Notes: generated from the letters alone by a model not told the origin. Positions 19,521 through 28,102 are shown, counted from the first letter of the stretch. The stretch is 64,000 bases of DNA from Polyangiaceae bacterium (GCA_965222375.1 CBDCTZ010000015.1:1056001-1120000); one strand, 5' to 3'. Made by a program: numbers and translations.

Positions 19521-19718
19521 TTATGCGCGGATGAATGCGGTGGTGAGAGGCGCCGCAATAGCGACAGGCGCCTCGGTGGTCATTGCGTCCTCCGGCACGG
19601 CGAATTCCATGTCCGGGGGCAGCTCCTCCAGTTGCTTGCGCAGTGCTGCGAGCTCCTGGTCTTGCTTTCGAATCTCTGCCTCGAGAGCCTCGAGGAACGT
19701 CTGGTTCTTGTCGCTCAT
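19521..19718 (-). CDS. Small acidic coiled-coil protein, first gene of the translocon operon (LcrG position)
   Basis: RBS GAAGGGGGG; 65 aa, FLEALEAEIRKQDQELAALRKQLEEL, ends FIRA. Confidence 0.65.
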   Translation of the reverse strand: MSDKNQTFLEALEAEIRKQDQELAALRKQLEELPPDMEFAVPEDAMTTEAPVAIAAPLTTAFIRA

Positions 19719-19857
19719 GGCCCCCCTTCGGCGGGCGGAGCATCGGGTTGCGTACAAAAGTCGCCTTCCAGGGATTCAGCGGCGTTTCTAGCCCGAAAAC
19801 GAAGCGAACACCGCGGTGCGTCAATCCGACAAGTCGCTCGCGAGCCACTGTCAGGTC

Positions 19858-19933
19858 GCTACCGACGCGAATCCCTGGGCGCGACCGGCGGAGCGAATCC
19901 CTGAGCGGCTACCGCCGCGCAAACCTCGGGCGC
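19858..19933. promoter_or_regulatory. Degenerate ~25-bp direct repeats upstream of the translocon operon
   Basis: GCGAATCCCTG at 19867 and 19893; gctaccg(a/c)cgcg at 19858 and 19908; inverted copy CAGGGATTC at 19769. Confidence 0.4.
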
Positions 19934-20024
19934 ACGAGGCGTCACGGCGCGCAACGTCCGGGCGCGCCGGTGGGGACAAGGGAGCCGCTTCGTCGTTCCG
20001 ATACGCTGCGCGCTCAAGTGGATC

Positions 20025-20666
20025 TCAAGCCTTCTTGCGCACAGCGCGTCCGCGCGCTGGCGTCTTCACGCCGGTCTTCGTCGCGCGCTTCTTCACTGGG
20101 GCCTTCTTCTTGGTGGCCTTCGCCTTCGCCTGGGTCTTCTTGGCTTTCTTCGCTGCAGGCTGGGTGGCGTTCTTCCTCGTTTGTCTTACGGCCTTCTTCG
20201 CCGTCTTCTTCGCGCCACTCGCGGCGGGCCGCTTCGCTGCCTTCTTCGCGACCTTCTTGTTCCCGCTCTTCTTCGCAGCGCCTTTCGCGCTGGCAGAGCC
20301 CTTTCCACCGTCATCGCGCCAGCTTATCCAGGCGCGCACGATAGCCTCGATGTCTCGTTTTGCGGCGCTCGCTTCGGCGACGCTGCCGAGCTTCATGACG
20401 CGACTGGTGTCACCGGTACCGACGAGGCGTGGGTGTTTGCCGGGGATGCGCGCGCCCAGGTGGAACATCAGGCTGGCGTGCTGTTTGCTCTTCGGGAAGA
20501 AGCTCGCGATGTTGCCCTTGTAGGTGAAGGTCGGCGCTTGCCACTTGATGCACTCTTCGATGCGCTTGTCGGCGCCGAGCATGATCTCACGGATACGCTG
20601 CACCACGAGCTTCATGGGGTTTTCGTAACGGGCGAACCATTGGTCGACTTGCTTGTTGCGCGGCAT
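20025..20666 (-). CDS. DUF1801 (YdhG-like) domain fused to a histone H1-like Lys/Ala-rich tail
   Basis: VDQWF...IEECIKWQAPTFTYKGN...FHLGA..PG.HP.L.G.G; C-terminal ~90 aa of AKK/KKA repeats. Confidence 0.85.
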   Translation of the reverse strand: MPRNKQVDQWFARYENPMKLVVQRIREIMLGADKRIEECIKWQAPTFTYKGNIASFFPKSKQHASLMFHLGARIPGKHPRLVGTGDTSRVMKLGSVAEASAAKRDIEAIVRAWISWRDDGGKGSASAKGAAKKSGNKKVAKKAAKRPAASGAKKTAKKAVRQTRKNATQPAAKKAKKTQAKAKATKKKAPVKKRATKTGVKTPARGRAVRKKA

Positions 20667-20872
20667 CGATCGAGAAAAGCTCGGAGTGTCGTCGGGTTCA
20701 AGCGGGGGACGAACGCGTCCGGTCCCGCGTCCAGTGCCTGATTTCGGCGTGGCGAGCCGACAGCGTTGAGTGCCGCATCACGCCGCCGAGACAGGAAGCG
20801 AGCGCCGTTGCGTTTTTATTAATTATTACAACTACTTATGCGCGCAGCGCTACAATCCAATAGGTTTGACGT

Positions 20873-20888
20873 ACTTGGTTGACTAAGT
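20873..20888. promoter_or_regulatory. Imperfect palindrome, candidate TA autoregulatory operator
   Basis: ACTTGGTT-GACTAAGT just downstream of TTGACG (20866) and upstream of the antitoxin ATG. Confidence 0.45.
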
Positions 20889-20914
20889 CTGATTGTAGGA
20901 CCAAGCTGAGCGGC

Positions 20915-21139
20915 ATGAAGAAAGTGAACGTGCACGAAGCAAAAACCCAGCTTTCGCAGCTGCTGGAGCGCGCTCACTCGGGCGAAGAGATCATCATCGC
21001 CAAGAACGGAAAGCCCTTCGCGCGGCTATGCCCGCTGGAGCCAGCTCGGCCGCGCAAACCTGGGCTCTTGCGCGGCAAGGTGGAAGAAACGTTCTTCGAT
21101 CCCCTACCCGAAGAAGAACTCGAGGCATGGGAAGGATGA
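20915..21139 (+). CDS. Phd/YefM-family antitoxin
   Basis: VNVHEAKTQLSQLLERAHSGEEIIIAKNGKPFARL...FFDPLPEEEL. Confidence 0.9.
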   Translation: MKKVNVHEAKTQLSQLLERAHSGEEIIIAKNGKPFARLCPLEPARPRKPGLLRGKVEETFFDPLPEEELEAWEG

Positions 21140-21522
21140 AACTGCTTCTCGATACGCATGCGCTGCTCTGGTGGTTGTTCGACGATGCTCAGATGTCTCG
21201 AACGGCGCGAGGCGTGATTCAGGATCCGGCGAACGACGTATTCGTGTCCGCTGCTTCTGCGTGGGAAATTGCTACCAAGTTCCGCCTGGGCAAGCTCGCT
21301 TCGGCAAGCGTGCTGGTTCAGGACATGGCTGGCTGCTTCTCCGCGGCAGGGTTTCGTGAACTCCTCATCACGGTGAAGCACGCACAGCGAGCGGGCAGCT
21401 TCCCCCAGGCTCACCGCGACCCCTTTGACCGGATGCTGGCGGCACAGGCCTTGCTGGAGGATCTCTCACTCGTGACCCGGGACCCAACGCTGGATCAGTT
21501 TGGCGCCAAAGTCGTTTGGTAG
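21136..21522 (+). CDS. vapC: PIN-domain VapC-family toxin
   Basis: LLLDTHALLW, VSAASAWEIATK, HRDPFDRMLAAQA, LVTRD; ATGA overlap with the antitoxin. Confidence 0.92.
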   Translation: MKLLLDTHALLWWLFDDAQMSRTARGVIQDPANDVFVSAASAWEIATKFRLGKLASASVLVQDMAGCFSAAGFRELLITVKHAQRAGSFPQAHRDPFDRMLAAQALLEDLSLVTRDPTLDQFGAKVVW

Positions 21523-21593
21523 AACCAAGTCTTCAGCCTCGAGAGTTTCCAACTTTCGTGTCACAAAAGGTCGTGCTCGGGCGTTACAAAGGT

Positions 21594-22712
21594 GTGTTGC
21601 GCGGCACCGCACCCTTTTTGTTCCTGCTACTGGCTTGCACGCCAGCGAAACGTGGGGATTCAGCCCAGCACCAGCGTACAGCGACGAAACCGAAGCTGCG
21701 GGGAACGGCCGCCCAGCAAAGCCCCAATGCGGACGGAGAACGGCCCGCGGACACCAATGGCGCGCTCCGCGCCGCGAAGCGTGTCGCGGCAAAGAAGGCG
21801 GAGGTCAGTGTCACCCCGCTGGCCGCGGGAGTATGCACCACCGCGGCCGGACTTCCGCGCGTGGCTCCGCCAACCTTAACCGCCTCGCTCGCCCCCTCGA
21901 AGCAGAACCTCCAGAGCTGGGTCGAACTCCTCGCGGGACCGGGGCTGCGCGGACGACAAGCCGGCACCCGAGACTCGAAACGCGCCGCCGCGCTCATAGC
22001 GGAGCAGTTCCGCGAGCTCGGCGCTAAAGCTCCGCGCTCGGACGGCTACTGCGTGCCCTTTTCCAATGCGCAGCTTTCGGACCAGAATGTCGTCGCGCAC
22101 ATCTCAGCGCCGAAACCCGAGTGCCCCTGGGTCGTCGTGGGAGCGCACTACGACGCACTGGGCACGGACAAGAACGGCGTGATGTACCCCGGCGCGGACG
22201 ACAATGCTTCCGGCGTCGCGGTGCTCATGGAACTGGCACGCCTGATTCAAGCCGGCACCGTGACACCCGATGTCGGTGTCGTGCTTGCAGCCTTCGGCGG
22301 GGAAGAAACGGATCTTGCTGGCTCACGCGCGTACGTCCAGAGCCCAACGGTGCCGCTATCCAAGGTGTCCATGATGATCAACGTGGACATGGCCGGACGC
22401 AAGCCCGCGGGGTACCCGATCATCGGCTACGAGGCCTACGGCAAAGGCAGAGCACGCTCCTCCCGTCGCGTGCGCATGGCCGCAGCGAAGGCCAAGGTCA
22501 GAACCGTCGCTGCGCAGCTTGGAGATCGGAGCGACAGTTCGTCCTTTTCGCCTCACGTGCCTGCGGTGTTCTTTTGCACCATGGTGCACGCCGACTATCA
22601 CAAGCCGACGGACGTTCCAGAGCGCGTTGACTACGCGCAGACGACCCGGACGTTGAAGCTGGTCACGGCCATGGTCGAGAGCCTCCCGTGTTCCATCAAT
22701 GCCAATCTCTGA
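21594..22712 (+). CDS. M28-family peptidase lipoprotein
   Basis: Lipobox LLAC; GAHYD, PGADDNASG, GEE, NVDM, DYHKPTD; start inferred. Confidence 0.88.
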   Translation: MLRGTAPFLFLLLACTPAKRGDSAQHQRTATKPKLRGTAAQQSPNADGERPADTNGALRAAKRVAAKKAEVSVTPLAAGVCTTAAGLPRVAPPTLTASLAPSKQNLQSWVELLAGPGLRGRQAGTRDSKRAAALIAEQFRELGAKAPRSDGYCVPFSNAQLSDQNVVAHISAPKPECPWVVVGAHYDALGTDKNGVMYPGADDNASGVAVLMELARLIQAGTVTPDVGVVLAAFGGEETDLAGSRAYVQSPTVPLSKVSMMINVDMAGRKPAGYPIIGYEAYGKGRARSSRRVRMAAAKAKVRTVAAQLGDRSDSSSFSPHVPAVFFCTMVHADYHKPTDVPERVDYAQTTRTLKLVTAMVESLPCSINANL

Positions 22713-22860
22713 GCTCGCCAAGCACTCCACGCGGATGACACTGCGCGCCAAAAACGCCCCTGGGCGTTCCGAGATCGAGCGGCCGATTCCGAAGCTCAAG
22801 CAGGGTCCAGAAAGCCTTTGCGCTACGCGCAGGCGTGACCCACACTCCGTTGCTGCTCTC

Positions 22861-23025
22861 ATGGAACTCTACAAGGACGTGACGATTGGCAAACCCAGTG
22901 CGATCGCCAACGACACTGACACCGCGGTTCCTTTCGTTGGCGTCTTGGCTGAGGGCGCGATCTACGACAAGATCTTGCCTCCGGCGCGTATCCTGGCGCA
23001 CTACCAAGCGGGGATAGGACAATGA
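22861..23025 (+). pseudogene. Remnant of a LamG-like jelly-roll domain gene
   Basis: VTIGKPSAIANDTDTAVPF (start of domain) joined directly to VGVLAEGAIYDKIL...ILAHYQAG (end of domain). Confidence 0.5.
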
Positions 23026-24860
23026 GGCTCACCAAGGGCACCTTGGGCGCGAGCGTCGTGCTATGCATCGCGGCGTTCGTCGCGTTGTCCAGTCAGAGCT
23101 GCGGCAGCGATGACAGCTCGGCGGGCACCGGCGGCACCTCGAGCACCGGTGGGGCTGCCGGCGCAGCGGGCGCAGCGGCCCAAAGTGGCTCTGCGGGCAC
23201 GCTCAACTGGACCGAAGAAGTCGGTCGGCAGGCCAACGGCGCCAACGCCATGGTTGTCAGCTCGAACCCCGCCGCAGCACGCGTCGGCGCCGACATATTG
23301 AAGCAAGGCGGCAACGCCGTGGACGCGGCGATTGCCGTGCAGTTCGCCCTGAACGTCGTCGAGCCGATGATGAGCGGCATCGGCGGCGGTTGTTTCGTCG
23401 TAGTCTACGACGCCAAGAAGGACGAAGTGCGCGTGGTCAACGCTCGCGAACGTGCGCCGGCAGGGGCAACGCCGGGCATGTTCCTCGGCACGGGCGGCAC
23501 TCCGGTTCCGTTTTCGCAGCGAGTCACGAACGGCAAGTCGATCGGCGTGCCCGGCACCGCAAAGGCGATGGAGATCGCGCATCAAACCTGGGGCACGCGC
23601 CCCTGGGCGGACCTCGTCGCGCCGGCGATTGCTTTGGCCAAGAACGGCAGCGTCGTGGGTGGCCGTCTGGCGCAGTCCATCTCCGGCAGTTTCTCCAAGC
23701 TGGACCAAACTGCCCGCGCCGTCTTCGCGCCAACGGGCACTCCCGTGAGCGCAGCAGACGTGCTGAAACAACCCGACCTGGCGAAGACACTGCAGCTGAT
23801 TGCTGACGGCGGTGCTGACGCTTTCTATTCAGGTCTCGTCGCCGAGGCTCTAGCCAGTGCTGTGCAAGCGAGCGGTGGCAGCATGACGGTGGCGGATATC
23901 GCCGAGTACGCAAAGAGTGGCGCGGAAGTCGTGGCTCCGATCGAAGCGACGGTTAGTGGCGGACTGACCCTGCGTTCGGTGCCGCCGCCAAGCTCCGGCG
24001 GGATCCTCGTGGCCCAAATCCTGGGCATGTTGGACACCCTCAATGTGGGCCACCACGCCAAAGACTCCGTCGAGAAACATCACCTACAGATCGAAGCCAG
24101 TCGCCTAGCCTATGCAGATCGCTTTGCATACATCGGCGACCCACGCTTCGTGACGGTGCCTCCGGGGCTGCTGAGCCCCGCGTACATCACCGCCCGCGCC
24201 GGCTTGATCAACCTCAGTGCCGCCAACCCGAACCCCACCGCAGGCAGCCCGAGTGACTCGAGCAAAGCTGCGCCAAGTTACGTGAGCGACTCGCCGGCCT
24301 TCGGCCACACCACGCACTTCACCGTCGCCGATCGCTGGGGCAACGTCGTTGCTCTCACGTCGACCATCGAACAAGTCTTTGGTAGCGGACACATGGTGCC
24401 GGGCTACGGCTTCATGTTGAACAATGAGCTCACCGACTTCAGCGCCGTGCCCGGTGGCCCCAATCAGGTCGAGGCTGGCAAGCAACCCGTCAGCAGCATG
24501 TCCCCGATGATCGTGTTCAAGGACGGAAAGCCGGCCTTCACCTTGGGTGCTGCAGGTGGGCTCACCATCATCACGTCGGTGTTCCAAACCTTCCAAAACT
24601 TGGCCACGTTCAAGTTGGGCGTGGCCGAGGCAGTGGAAGAACCTCGCACCTTCGGAGCGCTCTACCCAGACGTGTCGTGGGAAAGCGGGATGCCGCAGAC
24701 TACACGCAGCGGCCTCTCCGCCCTGGGTCACAGCGTGGACAACGGCCCGAGTGTACTGTCGAACCTTCAAGCCATGACCGTCGACGCCACGGGGTACCAC
24801 GGCGCAGCCGATTCCAGCGCGCCCGACGGCGTTGCCATCGGGCTCAGCATTGCTCCCTGA
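23022..24860 (+). CDS. ggt: Gamma-glutamyltransferase, probable lipoprotein (second paralog)
   Basis: Signal peptide ending SQSC, Gly linker, GGNAVDAA, SGIGGG, RERAP, VPGT, PPPSSGG, HTTH, LNNELTDF, PVSSMSP. Confidence 0.93.
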   Translation: MRLTKGTLGASVVLCIAAFVALSSQSCGSDDSSAGTGGTSSTGGAAGAAGAAAQSGSAGTLNWTEEVGRQANGANAMVVSSNPAAARVGADILKQGGNAVDAAIAVQFALNVVEPMMSGIGGGCFVVVYDAKKDEVRVVNARERAPAGATPGMFLGTGGTPVPFSQRVTNGKSIGVPGTAKAMEIAHQTWGTRPWADLVAPAIALAKNGSVVGGRLAQSISGSFSKLDQTARAVFAPTGTPVSAADVLKQPDLAKTLQLIADGGADAFYSGLVAEALASAVQASGGSMTVADIAEYAKSGAEVVAPIEATVSGGLTLRSVPPPSSGGILVAQILGMLDTLNVGHHAKDSVEKHHLQIEASRLAYADRFAYIGDPRFVTVPPGLLSPAYITARAGLINLSAANPNPTAGSPSDSSKAAPSYVSDSPAFGHTTHFTVADRWGNVVALTSTIEQVFGSGHMVPGYGFMLNNELTDFSAVPGGPNQVEAGKQPVSSMSPMIVFKDGKPAFTLGAAGGLTIITSVFQTFQNLATFKLGVAEAVEEPRTFGALYPDVSWESGMPQTTRSGLSALGHSVDNGPSVLSNLQAMTVDATGYHGAADSSAPDGVAIGLSIAP

Positions 24861-24950
24861 AGCAAACGGGAGCGCGGGACGTAGCTCCTCTTCGCTCGTG
24901 CCCACGTTCAAACACCCCGCGCCAGCGCGAAGGCCTCAGGGACGCATAGA

Positions 24951-25538
24951 CTATCGCAAAGCATCCGAGGGGAGAGCCGCGCACACGTCATGAATCAGGG
25001 CCCCGTCCAGCTGAACGCTGGGATCGTCGACGCGAATCTCAATGCGACGGTTGAGGCGATGCATGTCGCATTGCTGACAAACGATAGGCCGAGTCGAACC
25101 GAAACCCACTGCGCGCAAGCGTTGGCAGCTCGCGCCCTGTTGCACCAGTGCGCGGCCAACCGCGTGAGCGCGTGCAGCAGTGAGCTTCAGGTTGAACTCG
25201 CTAGAACCCAAGTTGTCACTGTGCACGGCAATCCTCATCATCACGTCCGGGCGTGACGCCATGAAGGTGGCCACCCGTTCCAGGCCCCGCTTGTCAATGC
25301 TGCGCAGCTTTGCCGAGGCAGTTTCAAAAGACACGTGCGCGTTGGGAGGATGGTAGGTCCAATCCAGTTCCAGGGCTGCAGCCCCGCCCCCGTCCGCGTC
25401 GTCGGAGTCAGGGAGCGCCGCCAGCGGCGGCGCCGATGGTTTCGGAGCCGGGACTACCCGGCTCCGAGGCGGCGAAGAAGACGTTACGGTCGCACAGGCC
25501 GCCAACAGCACACAACCGACGAACACAAGGCGCAACAT
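24951..25538 (-). CDS. OmpA-family (peptidoglycan-binding) lipoprotein
   Basis: Lipobox LAAC; FETASA.L, HSDNLG...NLKLT..RA.AV...L, GFG..RP, NRRIEI. Confidence 0.85.
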   Translation of the reverse strand: MLRLVFVGCVLLAACATVTSSSPPRSRVVPAPKPSAPPLAALPDSDDADGGGAAALELDWTYHPPNAHVSFETASAKLRSIDKRGLERVATFMASRPDVMMRIAVHSDNLGSSEFNLKLTAARAHAVGRALVQQGASCQRLRAVGFGSTRPIVCQQCDMHRLNRRIEIRVDDPSVQLDGALIHDVCAALPSDALR

Positions 25539-25638
25539 GAAGGGCCTCGAGTCATGTAGCTTGCCTCGGATGATGTCGCTAGTCCGCGCATTTTTTGATG
25601 GATAAGTGGGTTTGGGCGCGCACCTTCGTCGCCGTCCC

Positions 25639-25765
25639 ATCGCGCCCTGGCTGACGAAATTCGCGAAGCGCTCCGTAGTGTATCCAGGTGCGTACTCGTT
25701 CTCGAGCTACACCGCCAAGAGCGTCGTGCCAGCCCTCGTCGGCGAGTACCCGAGTGCTCTCAAGT
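25639..25765 (+). pseudogene. Short sulfatase-like gene fragment
   Basis: IAPWLTKFAKRSVVYPGAYSFSSYTAKSVVPALVGEYPS resembles the sulfatase N-terminal motif; no complete ORF. Confidence 0.45.
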
Positions 25766-26023
25766 TGTGCTTGGCTGCGAACTGGTATCGCTCGGCACTA
25801 GGCGGCGAAGGGCGCGAGCAGCCCGAACAAGCCCTAGCCAGACTTCGCGGAATTCTGCGCCGTGCTCAGGCCTAGCCGCGGCATCCACGGCGGCACCGCC
25901 TCGGGCCCGCCCGGACAGCCTGGGTCCTTCGACGAAGGACTCATCGAGGAGTCAGCACCGCAACACGAGTGCATGCCGACACACACCTCCATGACGTGCG
26001 CATGGGAGTTGCCGTCCGGCGAT

Positions 26024-26503
26024 TCACGAATTCTTGGACGCGTGCTCGCCAAGCGCCTGAAGAAATGGCTCGGCTCCGGCAGCCGGGGTGAAGAACAACG
26101 CGCCTTTGGGCTTGAACTTGCGAATGGTGATGACGACGGTATCCGAGCTTTCGCCGTCAGCGGCGAACTTGCTGACGCTGTCCCAGGGGATGGTCAAGCT
26201 GACCGTTTTGCCGAGCTTGCGCTTCTGCCCAATGCGTGCGCCCGTCCCTAGGAGCAGCGCAATGCCGACGCCGAGGATGGTGTAGAAGGCCCAGCTGGGG
26301 GGCTCGAATTCGATCTTGATCGCGTAGACAGCGATCACGAAGCCGCCGAAGAGCAACCAATAGATCGCGCTCTGCGACTTCGACTCATGCCCCGACACTT
26401 CCAGCCCATCTTCCGACACAATGCAGGACCCAGCCCCCGCGATCTCGATGGGCGCCACGGTCTTGCCCAGTGCAGGTGGCTCGAACTTGCCTGCGAAGTG
26501 CAT
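26024..26503 (-). CDS. Hypothetical two-TM membrane protein
   Basis: MHFAGKFEPP... with two TM helices; the upstream ORF extension looks non-coding. Confidence 0.7.
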   Translation of the reverse strand: MHFAGKFEPPALGKTVAPIEIAGAGSCIVSEDGLEVSGHESKSQSAIYWLLFGGFVIAVYAIKIEFEPPSWAFYTILGVGIALLLGTGARIGQKRKLGKTVSLTIPWDSVSKFAADGESSDTVVITIRKFKPKGALFFTPAAGAEPFLQALGEHASKNS

Positions 26504-26893
26504 CGCCGCGAACCATAGCGCATCTAGCAGCCAGCGAGACCACACGCGGCAAACCGTACTCACGGTTCGGCACCTCCACCGGCTCCCTTCACCCCAAAGC
26601 CGCCGGGAGCAGTTTGGGCGGATGGATTTCCTTTGACGCAGAATACCTCGGTGGCCTCTAAAGGCCCTGTCACCGCTCCATTCCCATACCCAACTCACTA
26701 GAGGGGCTTTGAATTCACCACGTCGAACACAACATGATTCAGGGCTTGAGCGTCGCCCGAACTCCGAGTAGACCGCCTGGCGGACCAAAGGCGACTCGAC
26801 TCGGCTGCACGGCCGCCGGTCTCGAAAGCGAGCACCCGGATGGGAGTAGTGCACCGGAGCGGATAGCGCTCGACCCCAAATCAAACTTCTGAA

Positions 26894-28030
26894 TCAGCGA
26901 GGCAGCTTAGAGGGGCAGCCGTAGAGGATTTGGAGCACGGCGGTGTCTTGGTCGCGTGCGTTGGTGCAGGTCTGGGGGCAGAGAATGACCTTTGTGGGTG
27001 CGACACTGTCGGGAACGGTTGCGTAGTACCAGGCCCCGGCAATGCATTGCTCTGGCCCATCCACCTTGTACAGGGTCGAGGTGTGTCCAGCGGCATCGGT
27101 GAAGTTGACGTTCACCTTGTGGGGGTCGATGGCACCGCTCTGCGGATCGGGAATCGCGAACTCGCAGCCGAGCTGCTGGTGAGTGATGGTCTTGAGGGTG
27201 TTCAGCAGGTCCTGGGCGAGGTTGGAGCTCTTGCCAAAGAAGTAGGCTGAGCCCTGCCCAGCAGATGCGATCGCCTTCAGCTCTGCCTCCTGAGATCCTT
27301 CGATCCCGATGGTAAAGGTCCGAATTGGATTGGGCTCGGTGGTCTGCTCCGCGGCCAGGTTGGCGATGTGTGCGATGCTATTGTCCGGGCAGGTTGTAGG
27401 TGACCCATCCGTAACCAGGATGACGATGCCCTTCTCCTTGGGGTGACTCTGGAGACGAGTTCTGGTGTGCTGATAGGCCCCCGCAAGAGCACCCGCCATC
27501 GGCGTAGGTCCCGATGGGTCGAGGGTCGAGAACCATTGCACCAAGGCTTGCTCCTGGACATCTCCCGGCGCCGGGTCGGCACTGAGCGGGGCGAAGTCGA
27601 TGGGCGGCAGCGCATACTGTCCCGGCTCGCAAGAGCTGGCGGCAGCGCCTTGGGGAAAGTGGCTGGCGGCAACCCGCAGCCCAGCGGTGTCGGGGTCCGC
27701 GATGAAAGCCGAAACCCCTGCCTTGACGCGCTTCCACTTCGCCGGACCGTTGGGCAGCCCGGGCAAGGGGCCCGGCGGGCTGTCGCTCATCGAGCCGGAT
27801 GTGTCGATCAACAAGTAGAGGTTGAGAGGCACAGGGCCGGCCGTTCGCGTTTCTATCGCACAGGCGGAGTCCGGCGAGAGATCGGGTGGCCCCTTAGCGG
27901 GCTGATCGATGACGCCGGGCGCACCGCCCGCAGGGTTTGCCTCGGAGTTGAACTCGCCACCCGTGGTCGGCGAGTTCGCGCTGCAGGCGACTAGCAGAAG
28001 GACCCCAGCGCCAGCCAGCGAGCGCCGCAT
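26894..28030 (-). CDS. vWA-domain lipoprotein (myxobacterial type)
   Basis: Lipobox LVAC; MIDAS DTSGSM, TPM, VTDG, TFTIG; C-terminal CEF.IP...WYY...LCP.TC...GCP. Start placed at 28030 because a sigma54 motif covers 28048. Confidence 0.88.
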   Translation of the reverse strand: MRRSLAGAGVLLLVACSANSPTTGGEFNSEANPAGGAPGVIDQPAKGPPDLSPDSACAIETRTAGPVPLNLYLLIDTSGSMSDSPPGPLPGLPNGPAKWKRVKAGVSAFIADPDTAGLRVAASHFPQGAAASSCEPGQYALPPIDFAPLSADPAPGDVQEQALVQWFSTLDPSGPTPMAGALAGAYQHTRTRLQSHPKEKGIVILVTDGSPTTCPDNSIAHIANLAAEQTTEPNPIRTFTIGIEGSQEAELKAIASAGQGSAYFFGKSSNLAQDLLNTLKTITHQQLGCEFAIPDPQSGAIDPHKVNVNFTDAAGHTSTLYKVDGPEQCIAGAWYYATVPDSVAPTKVILCPQTCTNARDQDTAVLQILYGCPSKLPR

Positions 28031-28047
28031 ACATACATGAACCGACA

Positions 28048-28063
28048 TGCACGGGCAGTACCA
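28048..28063 (-). promoter_or_regulatory. sigma54 -24/-12 promoter for the vWA gene
   Basis: Minus strand TGGTACTGCCCGTGCA (GG-N10-GC). Confidence 0.65.
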
Positions 28064-28102
28064 AGGGATCGGTCAAGGCGCCGATTAACTCAGGATTAGT
28101 TG

